Below are positions 39,431 to 51,998 of a stretch of 64,000 bases of DNA, piece by piece. The DNA comes from Mobula hypostoma. Lineage: Eukaryota. Location: contig NC_086097.1 of assembly GCF_963921235.1 (NCBI RefSeq), positions 226,178,001 through 226,242,000 of the forward strand. Reading direction: 5' to 3'. The number at the start of each line of letters is the position of its first letter. Position 1 is the stretch's first letter. The position numbers and the translations under genes are program-made. Under the pieces are notes generated by a model. The model saw only the letters and a program-made list of their open reading frames with translations. It did no database searches and had not been told where the DNA came from.

Positions 39431-39748
39431 CAAGAGAAAATCTGCAGATGCTGGAAATCCAAGCAACACACACAAAATGCTGGAAGCACTCAGCAGGCTA
39501 GGCAGCATCTACGGAAAAGAGCGCAGTCTATGTTTCAGGCTGAGTCCTGACGAAGGGTCTCGGCCCGAAATGTCGACTCTACCTCTTCCAATAGATGCTG
39601 CCTCGCCTGCTGCGTTCCACCAGCATTTTGTGTGTGTTGCTTGAATTCCCAGCATCTACAGATTTCCTCGTGTTTGCGTGGAGAAAAAAGGATCTCATCT
39701 CCAGTCCTGCTGAAGGGTCACAGCCCAAAACGTCGTCTCTACACTTTT
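39431..39748. mobile_element. Composite PLE terminal element (three modules)
   Basis: 14-bp TSD ccagggctaaaaag at 39417-39430 and 39749-39762; one minus arm and two plus-strand hammerhead-like motifs. Confidence 0.88.
39542..39579 (+). ncRNA. Minimal hammerhead motif (core intact)
   Basis: GAGUC-CUGACGA-A-GGG-UCUCGG-CCC-GAAA-UG-UC/GACUC; helix III palindrome hit by C>T. Confidence 0.7.
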
Positions 39749-40411
39749 CCAGGGCTAAAAAGATGGCATTTGCACTACAGCTGTCAGTAATACACCTTAC
39801 GATCTCTTGATTTTAGAACATTAAAGGACATTAAATTAAAGACTGGAAAATAATTGAAGGATTTGATAGAGGAAATAGAAAAATGTTATATTCCCTAAAA
39901 CATGATTTCTGAACAAAGAGCAATGCCTTAAAATTAGAGCTATGTGGTTAGGGAAAGGAGTTAGGGATCACTCCTTCAGATGAAGGTCAGTGGAAGTTTG
40001 GATTTCAGTCCCCAAAAATCTGCTATGACAAGTTTGGTTGAAAATTTCATTGAACTAAAATTTTCACACAAGTCTATCAGAACAAGCCAGATGAGTAGAG
40101 TTGGCCAAATAAGAGAACAGATCTGGGGATATGACTAGATTCCTCAAGTCCCTTGATTGGCAAAACACAGCTTGCTGAAACATACATTTATTAGCATAGA
40201 ATTTTAGACTTAATCCTTTACTTAACATGGTTTCTGTGGATTAAACTCTGGAAAAGAGTACAAGGGAAATTTTGACTTCACATCTCCCATCATGTGAGGT
40301 AAATTATATACTGGTCTTTATTACTGTCATCCTCAGCTGTCTCCAGTTGTCATTTCTTCTGATATTATGAAAGGTACAATAAGCTTGTATTAACAGCCCT
40401 CAACCAGACAT

Positions 40412-40636
40412 CACACACGAAATGCTGGAGGAACTCAGCAGGCCATGCAGCATCAATGGAAAAGAGTAAACGTTTTGGGCTGAGACACTTCATCTGTACT
40501 CCTGTCGAAGGGTCTCGGCCAGAAACATTAACTGTCCACTCTTTTCCATAGATGCTGCCTGGCCTGCTGAGTTCCTCCAGCATTTTGTGTGTGTTGCTCA
40601 GATTTCCAGCATCAGCAGATTTTCTCAAGTTGGTGA
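40412..40636. mobile_element. Fold-back PLE terminal element
   Basis: Inverted arms; 13-bp TSD with 2 mismatches ctcaaccagacat (40399-40411) / ctcaaacagtcat (40637-40649). Confidence 0.82.
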
Positions 40637-40829
40637 CTCAAACAGTCATAATGTTCCAGAGTGGACTAGGTTTGCTGGTCAACAAGGAAGTACCATTAAC
40701 ATAGTCATACTTGATTTTGCATGCAGAGGAAGCCGGAGCTTAGGCATCAGTAACAAGAAAATGACAATTACAATTTTTTCTGTTGATACAAAGACGAGAT
40801 AGATGAGTCTTTGTGTGCACTGTGCTGGC

Positions 40830-41433
40830 TTGTTAGAGTGGTCCGGCTTTGACTGAACAGGCTTGGAAAAGCACAGGTGAAGGTTTTAAGTAAGTAAGGA
40901 AGGTTCTTGTAAGATTTTTTTTCCTGTTAGTACATAGCTGGTGTGCTGAGAATGGATCCAGAGGTAGTGGTATGTCCCTTGTGTGAGATGTGGACAATTC
41001 AGGGTACTTCCAGTCTGCTTGATAACTACATCTGCACAAAGTGCATTGAGCTGCACCTCCTCGGAGAATGTATTAAGGAGGGGGGGCTTCAGCCCGATGA
41101 CTTTTGGCTCACATGGGAAATTGAGGAGGAGATAGATAGGAGCTACAGGGAAGTAGTCATCCTTAAATTGCAGGAGGCAGGTACCTAGGTGACTGTCAGG
41201 AGAGGGAAAGAGAACAGGAGGCCAGTGCAGAGTATCCATATGTTGATTCCTCTCAATAATAAGAATGCCGCTTTGGATACTATTGGGGGGTGGGGGATGA
41301 CCTGGGGGCAAAGCCGCATCAACCCTGTCTCTGGTACTGAGTCTAGCTCTATGGCTCAGAAGGGAAGGAGAAGAGGAATGCAGTAGTGATAGAGGATTCC
41401 ATAATCAGAGGAACAGAAGCATGTTCTGTGGAC
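40830..41433 (+). mobile_element. CR1 5' region / ORF1 N-terminus
   Basis: VVCPLCEMW...YICTKC zinc-finger-like motif, IPLNNKNAALDT, start of the esterase motif (VIEDSIIRGT). Confidence 0.8.
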
Positions 41434-41982
41434 ATGGCAGCGGCTCACATAAAACAGACTAATGTAGATTCAAAGGCGATGCTGGCAGAAAAGGCAACAA
41501 AGTAGGACACATACAAAGAGCATGTCAGGCAGACAAAAATAAATGGACTGCACAGTGAAAAGATAAAGATAAAAAGTTAAGTTGCAGTTTCAAGACAAGC
41601 ACTAATCTGCATGCCGTTGACAACTATGAGAGTGATATGGGACTGGGTAGCCTTGAGACTTCCAATGTGAAAACTAACAGAGGACAAGCAATACAGGTAA
41701 CACCAGAAGTGAACAGCAAATTAATTAAAATGGAATTGGACACTGGTTCACCTGTTTCACTCTTCCACAAAATGAGCTGAAATGGTTTTTCAAAGCTACT
41801 GAACTGAAGCCTGCAGATATCCAGCTAAAAACTTATACTAGACAAAAGATAACTCCTGTTGGAATAACATCCATAACATATTCATAATAATGAACTACAC
41901 CAACTAACAAGCCAGATTGGGCTTGTATATGGTAAAAACAGAAGGACGAGCATTTTGGGGCTGTGAAAAGCTGAGGCAGCTA
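41434..41982 (+). mobile_element. Gypsy LTR retrotransposon fragment: second half of gag zinc knuckles plus aspartic protease (inverted segment)
   Basis: GSH...CRFK, KVGHIQRAC, LIKMELDTGS, DIQLKTYT. Confidence 0.85.
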
Positions 41983-42778
41983 TAACATAGTTTGTTTGGC
42001 CAGGCCGTTTTCTGGTTAGACATTGCAATTTTGTTCACACTCATTTTCATTACTGACAGCAACTCATTTGTGTCTCTTTCTCCTGTTTCCATTGATAAAG
42101 CAATTTCAACCACTCTTTTAAATGTAAGTAATGGTTCCGTTAAAAGCCATTTCTCATAAGATTCCAAAAACTAAACCATCTCTCTGTGTATAATTAAGCG
42201 CATTACTGAATTCGCGATGCTCAGACAACTTCAATTCAGCCACATATGCTGAAATAAACTTCCCTTCCTTTTGACTCTGCTTACGAATCCATGAATTTTT
42301 CTGTTTTCTGTCTTTATTTTTAGCTTGACCATCTCTGTCCCTTCCCAAAGAAGCACATGCAAAGCTATTTTTTCACTCAACCATTTCTCACTGCACTTTT
42401 TATTTAAATGTGAATGTCTTTCTCTTCTTGTGAAGAAAAAAAAGTGCTGCGTTTTTTTAACTTGAACATCTTGCTGCACTTCATCAAGGTAGGTAGTCAT
42501 CTCAGGTTCATTTAAAACTTCCTTGTCGCCACTGGTATGCTTTGTTAATCCAAAACACAAAACTAATTGAAAGAGAAACAGGGAAGCTCGAAAGATGTGT
42601 ATTAACTTCGTGTTCACTTTTAGAAAGGCATGCGCATATGACCTGGTGTCATAATGACATACGCCATTCACGTACTTTTACATGGAACCCGTAATGAATT
42701 ATATAAACAACAAAGAATGTTTAATCAAACAACGTATTTACAATATTACTGAAGTAAAACTGATAAATACGCAAGACA
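41976..42778 (-). mobile_element. Gypsy 5' LTR (~42533-42778), primer-binding site (PBS) and gag N-terminus
   Basis: PBS tggcgacaagga (42520-42531, minus; tRNA-Ser-like); gag phrases YVAELKLSEH, RDGLVFGI, LLTEPLLTFKRVVEIALSME, LCYSC. Confidence 0.82.
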
Positions 42779-44560
42779 AGTAAGATAACAAAAATGAGTG
42801 GCAAGGCAGAAGACTGGAATGCTTTTAAAAACCACCAGAAGGCAACTAAAAAAGCATTGTGAGAGAAAAGATTAAATATGAAGGGAAGCTAGTCAATAAT
42901 ATCAAAGAGGTTATAAAAAGTTTTTCAGATATATAGAGTAAAAGCGAGACAAGACTGGATATCAGACCACTGGAAATGACACTGGGGAGGTAGTAATGGG
43001 AGACAAACAAATAGCAGATGAACTTAATAAGTATCTTGTGCCAGTCTTCACTGTGGAAGACACTATCACAATGTGAGAAATGCAGGAGTGTGGGGGGGGG
43101 GGTAGAAGTGAGTGACATTGCTATTACCAAGGAGAAGGTGATTGGGAAGCTGAAAAGCCTGAAGGTAGATAAGTCACCTGGACCAGGTAACTACACTCCA
43201 GGGTTCTGAAAGAGGTAGCTGAAGAGACTGTGGACGCATTAGTAATGATCTTTCAAGAATCACTAAATTATGGAATGGTTGCTGAGGACTGAAAAATTGT
43301 AAATATCACCCCACTCTTTAAGAAGGGAGGCAGAAGGAGAAAGAGAAAATCTTGCCTGATTAATCTGTTGGAATTCTTTGAGGAAGTAACAGGCAGGATA
43401 GACAAAGGAGATTCAGTGGATGTTGTTTATTTGGATTTTCAGAAAGCTTTTGACAAGGTGCTGCACATGAGTCTGCTTAACAAAATAAGAGCCCATGGTA
43501 TTACAGGAAAGCTACTAGTACGGACAGAAGATTGGCTGTCTGGCAGGAGGCAAAGAGTGGGAATTAAAGGGGCCTTTTCTGGTTGGCTGCTGGTGACTAA
43601 CTGTGTGCCACAGGGGGGTCAGTGTTGGAACTTCATTGTTTCATGTTCTATGTCAATAACTTGGATGAAGTAATTGATGGCTTTGTGGCCAGGTTTGTGA
43701 CCGATATGAAGAAAGGTGTAGGGGCAGGTAGTGTTGAAGAAGCAGTGAGGACCGTGACAGATTAAGAGAATGGACAAAGAAACGGCAGATGGAACACAGT
43801 GTTAGGAATTGTACAGTCATTCACTTTGCTAGAAGGAATATAAGTGTAAACTACTTTCTAATTGGGAAAAAATCAGAAGTGCAAAGGGACTTGTGAGTGT
43901 TCTTGCAGGATTCCCTAAAGGTTAATTTGCAGGTTAAGTCGGTGGTAAAGAAGGCAAACGCAATATTATCATTCATTTCAAGAGGACTGGTATACAAAAG
44001 TATTGCTCAGGCTTTATAAGGCATTGATCAGACCACACTTGGAGTAGTTTTGGGCCCCTTATCTATGAAAAGATTAGAGAACATTCAGAGGAGGTTCATG
44101 AGAATGATACCAGGAACGAAAGGCTTATCATATGAGGAACATTTGATGGCTTTGGGTCCGTACTCGCTGAAATTCAGAAGAATGAGAGTATCTTATTGAA
44201 ACCTATGAATATTGAATGGCCTAGATAGAGTGGATGTGATGAGGATGTTTCCTAAAATGGGCGAGTCTAGGGCCAGAGGACACAACCTCAGAATTGAGAG
44301 ATGTCCATTTAGAACAGAGATGAGGAAACATTCCTTCACTAGAGGATGGTGAATCTGAGGCTAGGTGGCTGTGCAGGCCAAGTCATTGGGTATATTTAAC
44401 ATGGAGGTTGATAGGTTCGTGCTTAATCAGGGCATCAGTGGTTATGGGGAGAAGGAAGGAAAATGGGGTTGAGAGGAATGATGGATCAGCCATGATGGAG
44501 TGGTAGCGTATATTTGATGGGTCAATTGGCCCAATTCTATTCCTATGTCTTTTGGTCTTA
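42779..44560 (+). mobile_element. CR1 ORF2 (RT) and 3' UTR, decayed, internally deleted
   Basis: DKSPGP, VDVVYLDFQKAFDKV, VPQG; tatgtcttttggtctta tail. Confidence 0.92.
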
Positions 44561-45224
44561 TAAATAGAACTAGTCATAAAACCTCCATTTATTTATAGTT
44601 AAAGCCAAAAGCAATGTAAACAGAGTAATTAGTCACGATTTTAACGAGGATATATAAATAAAACAAAAGCTCATAAAATATTTTGGAGGCCATGGAGGAA
44701 ACCACTGTGATGTCAACAGTAAGTACAATCAGTAAATGTTTGCTTTATATCACAAAGCACCTCACATTATTATTATTATTGCATTCTGATGAACATTGTA
44801 CTATTTTTGGCCTAAATTTTTATTGTAATGTAGATATTTACATTAAAGATATAAACAGCATAGACTGAGTGGAAGTCCCTGAACCATGGGGGATCTTCTG
44901 GCTTACTTCAGTGCACAATTTACCAATGCCTGTTTCTTCAAAACAATTGCTCAGCCTGGAGATCATATCAAACACCAAATGTTACTTTCTTCCTGATTCC
45001 TTCGTTAAGCAAATAGCATTTGTAAGTATTGTAATGATTAAAACCCACATTGCAGTATCTGCTTTTCAGGGATAACTCAGAATGTTTGGAGTATGTGCTG
45101 AGCGTTGTGCTTTAATGAATCCTTTTATCTGGAAACTATGAGGAAAATAAGTCAGAGGAAAAGCCAGTCACCTTGGTCATTGGCACATCCCTTGCAATAG
45201 GCAATTGTAAAGGAGAATGTACCG

Positions 45225-45511
45225 GGGGCATGATAGCGCAGTGGTAGCACAATACTTTACAGCACCAGCAACTTGGGTTCAATTCCCGCCCCTGCCTGTA
45301 AGGAGTTTGTACGTTCTCCCCACGACTGCGTGCAGTTCCTCCGGTTGCTCTGGTTTCCTCCCGTAGTCCAAAGAGGTGCTGTTGGCAGGTTAATTTTACA
45401 TTATAAATTTTCCCGTAACTAGGCTAGGTTTAAATCAGAGGTTGCTGGGCAACGCGGCTAAGAAGGGCCGGGAGGTCCTACTCTGCACTGCACATCAATA
45501 AATAAAAAAAA
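45225..45511 (+). mobile_element. tRNA-derived V-SINE (HE1-like)
   Basis: A box tagcgcagtgg, B box gggttcaattccc, V core, A-rich tail; same family as 19280-19544. Confidence 0.88.
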
Positions 45512-45810
45512 ACTAAGAACCAAACTAGTTCTTGCAGAAATGCACAGGATTTAATGGGACAAGATCTATAAAAAAAAGAAAAATAAAAAACTGATGAAAA
45601 AGAATTGGCATGGTGTGGTGATAGAAGTGTGAACATTCTGATATTGCGGTTTGATTTGTGTTCAGACAGCCGCTTCCCAGATGGTGAATTTGTGAGCTAA
45701 AGTTGAACTATTCTTATGTGGCAAGCGTGGAAACCAGAAGAGCGGATAAAATTATGCAATTTGCTTTCAGCTCTGACGTACATTAAATTGTGTCATCGGC
45801 TATTTTTCAG

Positions 45811-45907
45811 GGCTTTCGGCCCAATATCCCATTCCACTGAATATGCAGCCGCCAGTGGAATTCTATGAACATAATCCATATCTCCGAGTATCTGTGAAGT
45901 ACTTGGG
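45811..45907 (+). other. Candidate internal exon (97 nt)
   Basis: tatttttcag acceptor, GGG/gtgagt donor, one open frame LSAQYPIPLNMQPPVEFYEHNPYLRVSVKYL; CpG-retaining unique context; no homolog recognised. Confidence 0.3.
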
Positions 45908-47466
45908 GTGAGTGTGAAGAAAAACTCTGGAGAATGAATATATCAATTATATTGCTTTTAAAGTTATTGCAATGCAGAAACTGATTCACTACCATATAGA
46001 GTTTGTTATAAAGCAAAATGCAGGAAAAAGAATCCTGAGGAAGCAACCAATTTCCCATGCTATGTGTAAAGGAACATCATTCGCCATTTTTCTAGAAAGG
46101 GTTTTCTAATGAATAAACATTTCAAAGGAATATGCTCAGAAATACAGTAATGGTATTCCACAAGCACACAGAAGCAGTATTTTTCAATATATCAAACCAC
46201 TTTTCTAGACAGTCCATGAAAAATACATAAAGAATGTTAGAAATTGTTGTTTGTACTGTCCTAGCTTAATATCAGCATTCACCTTCATTAACTTTTGAAT
46301 GGATTACAGTGCCCTATTCAAAACTGTTCTCAAAAGTTAACACTTGTTCTTTCTCTTTAGAACAAAAATAAGTGAATCAATGCTACAATGGTCTGACTTT
46401 GTGCCTGACGTATATTCCCTTTAAAAAAATCACTCTTTGTCACCGGTCCATACTGTGTCACAGTGTCAGCAGAAAGGTGTGCATTCCTTGTGTTGGTTGC
46501 GTTGACGGCTGCTAACCACTCTGTGGTAAATGTGGCCAGTGGAAATTACTGAAGGGTTCTTGATCTCCCTTAGGTTACAGTCAAAGTTACTTACAGTGTT
46601 TGTGAATTGATAGAAAATACAAATAAACAATCTTATTAATCATTTTGATGTACAATATTTTCTCGACTAGATAGTTCTCACAAATCAAAAATGTCAACAT
46701 TTTTATTTAGCTTCAACAAAATACATTTGATTAGTTGATTTCAAATTAAGGTCATGCTTCAGGTAATTTCAAATAATATTTATCTTATCCCATAGATGTA
46801 GTGTGTTTTATGGATTAGTAACACTTGTAGTATCAGGTTAAGCTTGACCTTAAAAATAAGCTGGAATGTTTCCACTGATTTATCCATTTTCAATACATTT
46901 TCAAGCCTCTATAATTGACAGTGGATTCGATGTTCTAATGCTGCATTCCAGTTAGGTTTTCTACATTCTCTCCCTTTGGCATTCTACACAATCCTTTCAA
47001 ACTCCCATTAGGTGGTTTCCTTTCAATTAAATAAATACTTCATTGAAAAAGAAACATTGGGAGTATTATCAACATATCTTTCTCTGTCCAGAGAGTAACT
47101 TTGAACTTGTTAACTGTGTTGAACCTTTTCAAAGTTGGAGACCAACTGTTTTTGATTGCGTTCAGCAGGGAGCTTCTCAGCAGGCACGGGTACAAGGCAA
47201 TCACACAGCAATCACACAGTTCATCCTTTCCTGTCCAGTGTCAGTCAGAAGAAAACCACACACAGAAACCGGAGGAGTACTGGAGAATGGAGTATGAATC
47301 AGCTGTGGGCAGAGTACCTCCCATTTATAATTCAGGAAAGAGACAAAGACAATTAAGTTTAGTTGCAAAGGCTTCATTGTCATTAAACTCAGCACTGAAG
47401 CATTTGCCAGCATTTTCCAAGAAATCCTGACAAAGCCTGGTGTTTATCCACATCTTGTACCTTAGT

Positions 47467-48265
47467 TTACAGATTACAGAACAGTTCAGCACAGGAACAG
47501 GTACTCAGCCCCCAACTAATTAAATTAGTAATCAAGTGGACGGACTCAAGGGTCTGCTGTGGTCGGGTGCTTCCAGGGTGCTGCATCGGCAAGTTTGCGG
47601 CGCTGGAGGTTCATGGCAGGGAGAGTTTCTCCCTTCTACCATCTGCATGGGATGATGGGACTTTCGAGAGACTTTGAGACTTGTTTTAAAACCGTGCCCA
47701 TGGTCTGTTCTTCATCAAATTACAGTATTGCTTTGCACTGTTGTAACTATATGTTATAGTTATGTGATTTTTGTCAGTTTTTTTAGTCTTGGTTTGTCTT
47801 GTGTTTCTGTGATATCATACCGGAGGAACATTGTATCATTTCTTAATGCGTACATTTCTAAATGACAATAAAAGAGGACTGCGTGTCCTTATAATCTAAA
47901 AAAATGCCTAACTAAACTAACCCCTTCTGAATACATGAAGTCCATATCCATCCATTTCCTGCACATCCATGTGCCTATCTAAAGGCAGCTTGAACACCTC
48001 TATAGTATCTGCCTCCACCACTACCCCAAGCAGCACACCACTCCAGACACCCACCACCCCCGAGTAAAAATCTTGCCCTGCACACTCACCCCTTCTGACC
48101 TTGAATGCATACCCTCTAGTGTTGGAAGTTCCAGTAGTGGTTAGGAAAACAATACTAGCTGTCGACTCTATCGATGCCTCTCATAATATTATAAGCTTCC
48201 TCTCAGCTTCCACCACTCCGGAGAAAGCAACCCAAGTTTGTCCAACCTCACCTTATAGTATATGC
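47467..48265 (-). mobile_element. CR1 3' fragment interrupted by another LINE tail
   Basis: ttacagattacagaacag tail; atctgcctccaccact; sequence resumes at aaatgcctaactaaac. Confidence 0.75.
47536..47899 (+). mobile_element. LINE 3' UTR (Rex1/L2-like) with TAATC tail
   Basis: aaatgacaataaaagaggactgcgtgtccttataatctaa end; interrupts CR1 at taatcaa. Confidence 0.6.
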
Positions 48266-48267
48266 CC

Positions 48268-49067
48268 TATAGACAGGTTGGAAGAATGGGCAAAGAGATG
48301 GCAGATGGAATAGAGCGTAGGGAAGTGTATGGTCATGTACTTTGGCAGAAGGAATGAAGATGTGGACTATTCAAAAATCGGAGATGCAAAGGGTCTTGGG
48401 AGTCTGCATGCAGGATTCCCAAAAGGTTGCAGGTTGAGTCAGTGGTAAGGAAGGCAAATGCAATGCTCGCGTTCATTTTGAGAGGACTAGGATATAAAAG
48501 CAAAGATGTAATGCTGAAGGTTTATAAGGCATTGGGCTGTGCATGGGGCATTGTGAACAATTTTGATGTACTGTCATTGGAGAAAGTCCAGATGAGGTTC
48601 ATGAGAATGATTCCAGGAATGAAAGGGTTAACGTATGAGGACCGTTTACTGGCTCAGGGCCAGTACTCGCTATAATTTCGAAGAATGGGGGAGGGGTGGT
48701 GATCCCATTGAAACCAATTGAATACTGAGAGAGTGGATATGGAGAGGATGTTTCCTATAGTGGGGAGAAAAGGACCTCAGAACAGAAGGTGTCTCTTTCG
48801 AACCGAAATGAGGAGAAATTAATTAAGCCAGGGGGCGGTGAATTTGTGGAATTCATTGCCACAGATGGCTGTGGAGGCCAAGTCATTGGATATACTGAAA
48901 ACAGAGGTTGATAGATTCTTGATTAGACAGGGCATCAATGGTTACAGGGAGAAAGCAGGAAATCACGGTTTAGAGGGATAATAAATCAGCAATGATGGAA
49001 TGGAGGAGAAGGTTTAATTGGCTGAATAGCCTAATTCTGCTCCTATGTCCTGTGGTCTTATGGTCTA
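48268..49067 (+). mobile_element. CR1 3' fragment
   Basis: IDRLEEWAKRWQME, KANAMLAFI, RMIPGMKGLTYEDRL; tggtcttatggtct tail. Confidence 0.9.
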
Positions 49068-50595
49068 ATCATAATCGCTGCCGCAGATTGATGGGTAAGG
49101 AGGAGCAAGTGGGACCAAGACTTAGTCAGCCACGTTTGACAGGATTGTAGGTAATGGTGAATTCCATAAGTGAAGTGGCCAATCACTTCAGCCTTTATGT
49201 ATTCCTGGTTAAAAAAAAATTGTTATTGACATCAGCCATGTTCCCTACTATAACTATGCCATGAAGTTAAATCCTGACAAGTTCTGGTTTCTTCACCGGT
49301 GGAGCTTCTTTTTTTAATATTGTGTCAGTGTTTTCAGGTAGAACTGTTACTTATGAGGCAACCTAACTCTGTGGCCAGTCATAAATTAACCAGAGCTTCT
49401 TTGCACAGGGAATATCAGGGATCCAATCCAAGTTCACAGTGAACCTCCCAAAAAAAATCCTTTTCTTCCAAGCCAGAAATATAACCAATGGGAATTGATT
49501 CAAATAAGTTAATCAATTGTACTTGTTAGAAATGTAGGGCTCACAATTCAATACTGCATTCAACATACAACAGTCCAAGTTGTTTACTGACTTATCAGTC
49601 AAAACCGCCTCACGACTGCGCCATGTTGAAACAGCGATATCAGATCCCAAGTAACAAAGCAAATGGTGAGTGAGACACTGAATTAAAGTCCACGGATTAT
49701 TTCCAGAGTTTCATCTTGAAAATAATTGCAACACAAAGCCAACCCCCTAAATGTATTTGGAAAGAGCAATGACAAACGAATAGTACTGCAAGAAAATTTG
49801 CTGAATCCAACATATAAGTGGAGCTTGAAAGGCAAGTCACTACAGAATGATTGATATTTTCTGTAATTTCGGGTAATGTTTTAGGGTTTGTGGTACATGG
49901 ATTGCTGAACGGGAACCCTTACATTTTAGGTGTTCTTAATCAACTGTTCAAAGCCTGCTGCGTCCACAATTCTATCGTGCTGAGTGTGGCTTAAATCAAG
50001 TTGATGCTGAATTCCTGAATCCACATAGAGAGTTCTAACTTGATTCATATTATACTTCACATCATCATTTCCAATCCAGGGAAGATGAATCTGCATTGTG
50101 TGTATACAACATCATGTTAGAAAATGTTAGTTAAGAGCCTACTATGACAAATTATGTTATAGATCCGTTTTTGCCTGCAAATTGGACTTTGTCAGATTCT
50201 TGTATATGTGTATAATGTGTCCATCAGACTGGGAAGCCAACAAATATTGCAAAATTGGCTGCATTCCAGTCTGAAACAGGGCTAGAATGATTTACATCCA
50301 GAAACAAGTGCTAAAAGGGGACCTGCACAATTCCTGATGGAACCTCCCTCAGCTGAGAGCAGTTCAGAGTTCCTGATACTTTGAGGCACAGAGAATTACA
50401 ATCGGAGCGGGTTATCAGCCCTTAAAGGCACACTCTCCTTGGCAGCCACTACAGCAGTAGCACATACAGTGACTGTGATGGAGAAAAAAACTACAGGAAA
50501 AGAGAAGGCAGATCTCGCATTTGCTCAAAAGAGTGGACAGCTACCATATGAGATACATAATGAGAGGGAAGCCCTGTTTTTTTGTAAATTTAGAG

Positions 50596-50698
50596 ATACA
50601 AGCTCTTCCGGACTACAACAAGCCCACGCTGCCTTAATACACCCAAGTGACCAATTAACTTACTAACCTGTAGGTCTTTGGAATGTGGGAGGAAACCA
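50596..50698 (-). mobile_element. V-SINE 3' fragment
   Basis: gaccaattaacttactaacctgtaggtctttggaatgtgggaggaaacc is antisense V core. Confidence 0.65.
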
Positions 50699-50895
50699 TA
50701 GTTGTACAATATGCAGCACACCATGTCTGCTTGACATGTAAAACGCAGGCAACTACGGTAAACATTGCAGGTTATACAGGCAACGAAACGTTGTCTTGAG
50801 GAGACAGTGACAGTTCTCCATGCCCACCCTAGGACTTTTGTGGTTCTTGTATTAACTTTATTCAGTTATAATTAAAGAAAGCACTGGAATCTTCA

Positions 50896-51049
50896 AACAT
50901 GAGGAAACCCGCAGATGCTGGAATTTCAAGCAACACACATAAAAATTGCTGGTGAACGCAGCAGGCCAGGCAGCATCTATAGGAAGAGGTACAGTCGACG
51001 TTTCAGGCCGAGACCCTTCATCAGGACTCAGTGATTTTTATGTGTGTTG
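50896..51049 (-). mobile_element. Minimal PLE module: intact hammerhead plus tail, with a short inverted end
   Basis: 12-bp TSD ctggaatcttca at 50884-50895 and 51050-51061; atttttatgtgtgttgct inverts 50929-50946. Confidence 0.92.
50993..51028 (-). ncRNA. Minimal type I hammerhead ribozyme motif (intact)
   Basis: AGUC-CUGAUGA-AGG-GUCUCGG-CCU-GAAA-CG-UC/GACU. Confidence 0.82.
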
Positions 51050-51139
51050 CTGGAATCTTCATGCATTTTTTGGATAGGTAGTATCAGTTGTAAGCATTCT
51101 ATGGAATTTTGCTTGTTGTCATCACCATGACTTAACTTG

Positions 51140-51478
51140 ATACAGAAGAAAGCCACTTGGCCTACCAGGATCATGCCCATTTCCAACAGAGCAATCCCTC
51201 TCATTGTTGTTTCCCTGTAATCCTGCAACAAGCATTTAATTCCTTTGCCACTTACCTACATTGTGTAAAAAGAATCCAAGAAGAGTTGCATTTATTTACC
51301 GCTGATTTACAGTGGCCTATCAGCCGATCATTGATATCCGGGAGGAAGCCATCACACCCAGACCCAGCCAGACACAGGAAGAATGTGATAGCTCAACCAA
51401 GGCTGCACTTAAAACGATAATCAAACCTAGGTCCTCAGAACTGTAAAGCAGCACTGATAACTACTGGGTGACCATGCA
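51140..51478 (-). mobile_element. Old V-SINE
   Basis: gggaggaagcc...cacaggaagaatgtg...atcaaacctaggtc...ctgtaaagcagc is antisense core and tRNA head. Confidence 0.55.
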
Positions 51479-51998
51479 ACTTCATAAAGGCCTTCAACAT
51501 GGAAAGATTTTAATCCAGTCATCTCTGTTGGGTGTGAGTTCTGTCCAAAGCCAAGTAAGCATCCCAGAAAGATCAAATCATGGATATCTGATATGAAATG
51601 GGTCACTAAATCAAATCCAATAGCTGGTAAGTGTAACATCAGAGGCTGAATTAAGGCTTTGGTGAGAGCTCACACAGCTTACATATGTATCCAGTGCATC
51701 TGATATGCTTGGATTCTCTCATCCATAATTTCCCCTACAGAAGGGAAATGTGTTTGATCAGACTGTGGTAGATGGGAAATCTAAATTCAGATATTTAATT
51801 AAATCTAGAATAAATGGATTGTACCAGTAATGACGACCAAAATGTAATTGGATCAAAGTTTTTCAGATGTATTATTAAGTTACTACATACTTGGGTGGAA
51901 TTGACCTAAGTACATTTGGTCTAGCTGAACCACAAAGAGAAAATAAAAATTTATGCACTGAGCTTTGGCAGACCAGTGGCAATTTGAACGAGTAAGAT

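Larger units (their letters stand above)
39190..40110 (+). mobile_element. Highly decayed CR1 3' region hosting a PLE composite
   Basis: Residual CR1-like phrases (gaaggatttgatagagg, ccttaaaattagagct, atgatgccaggg). Confidence 0.45.
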
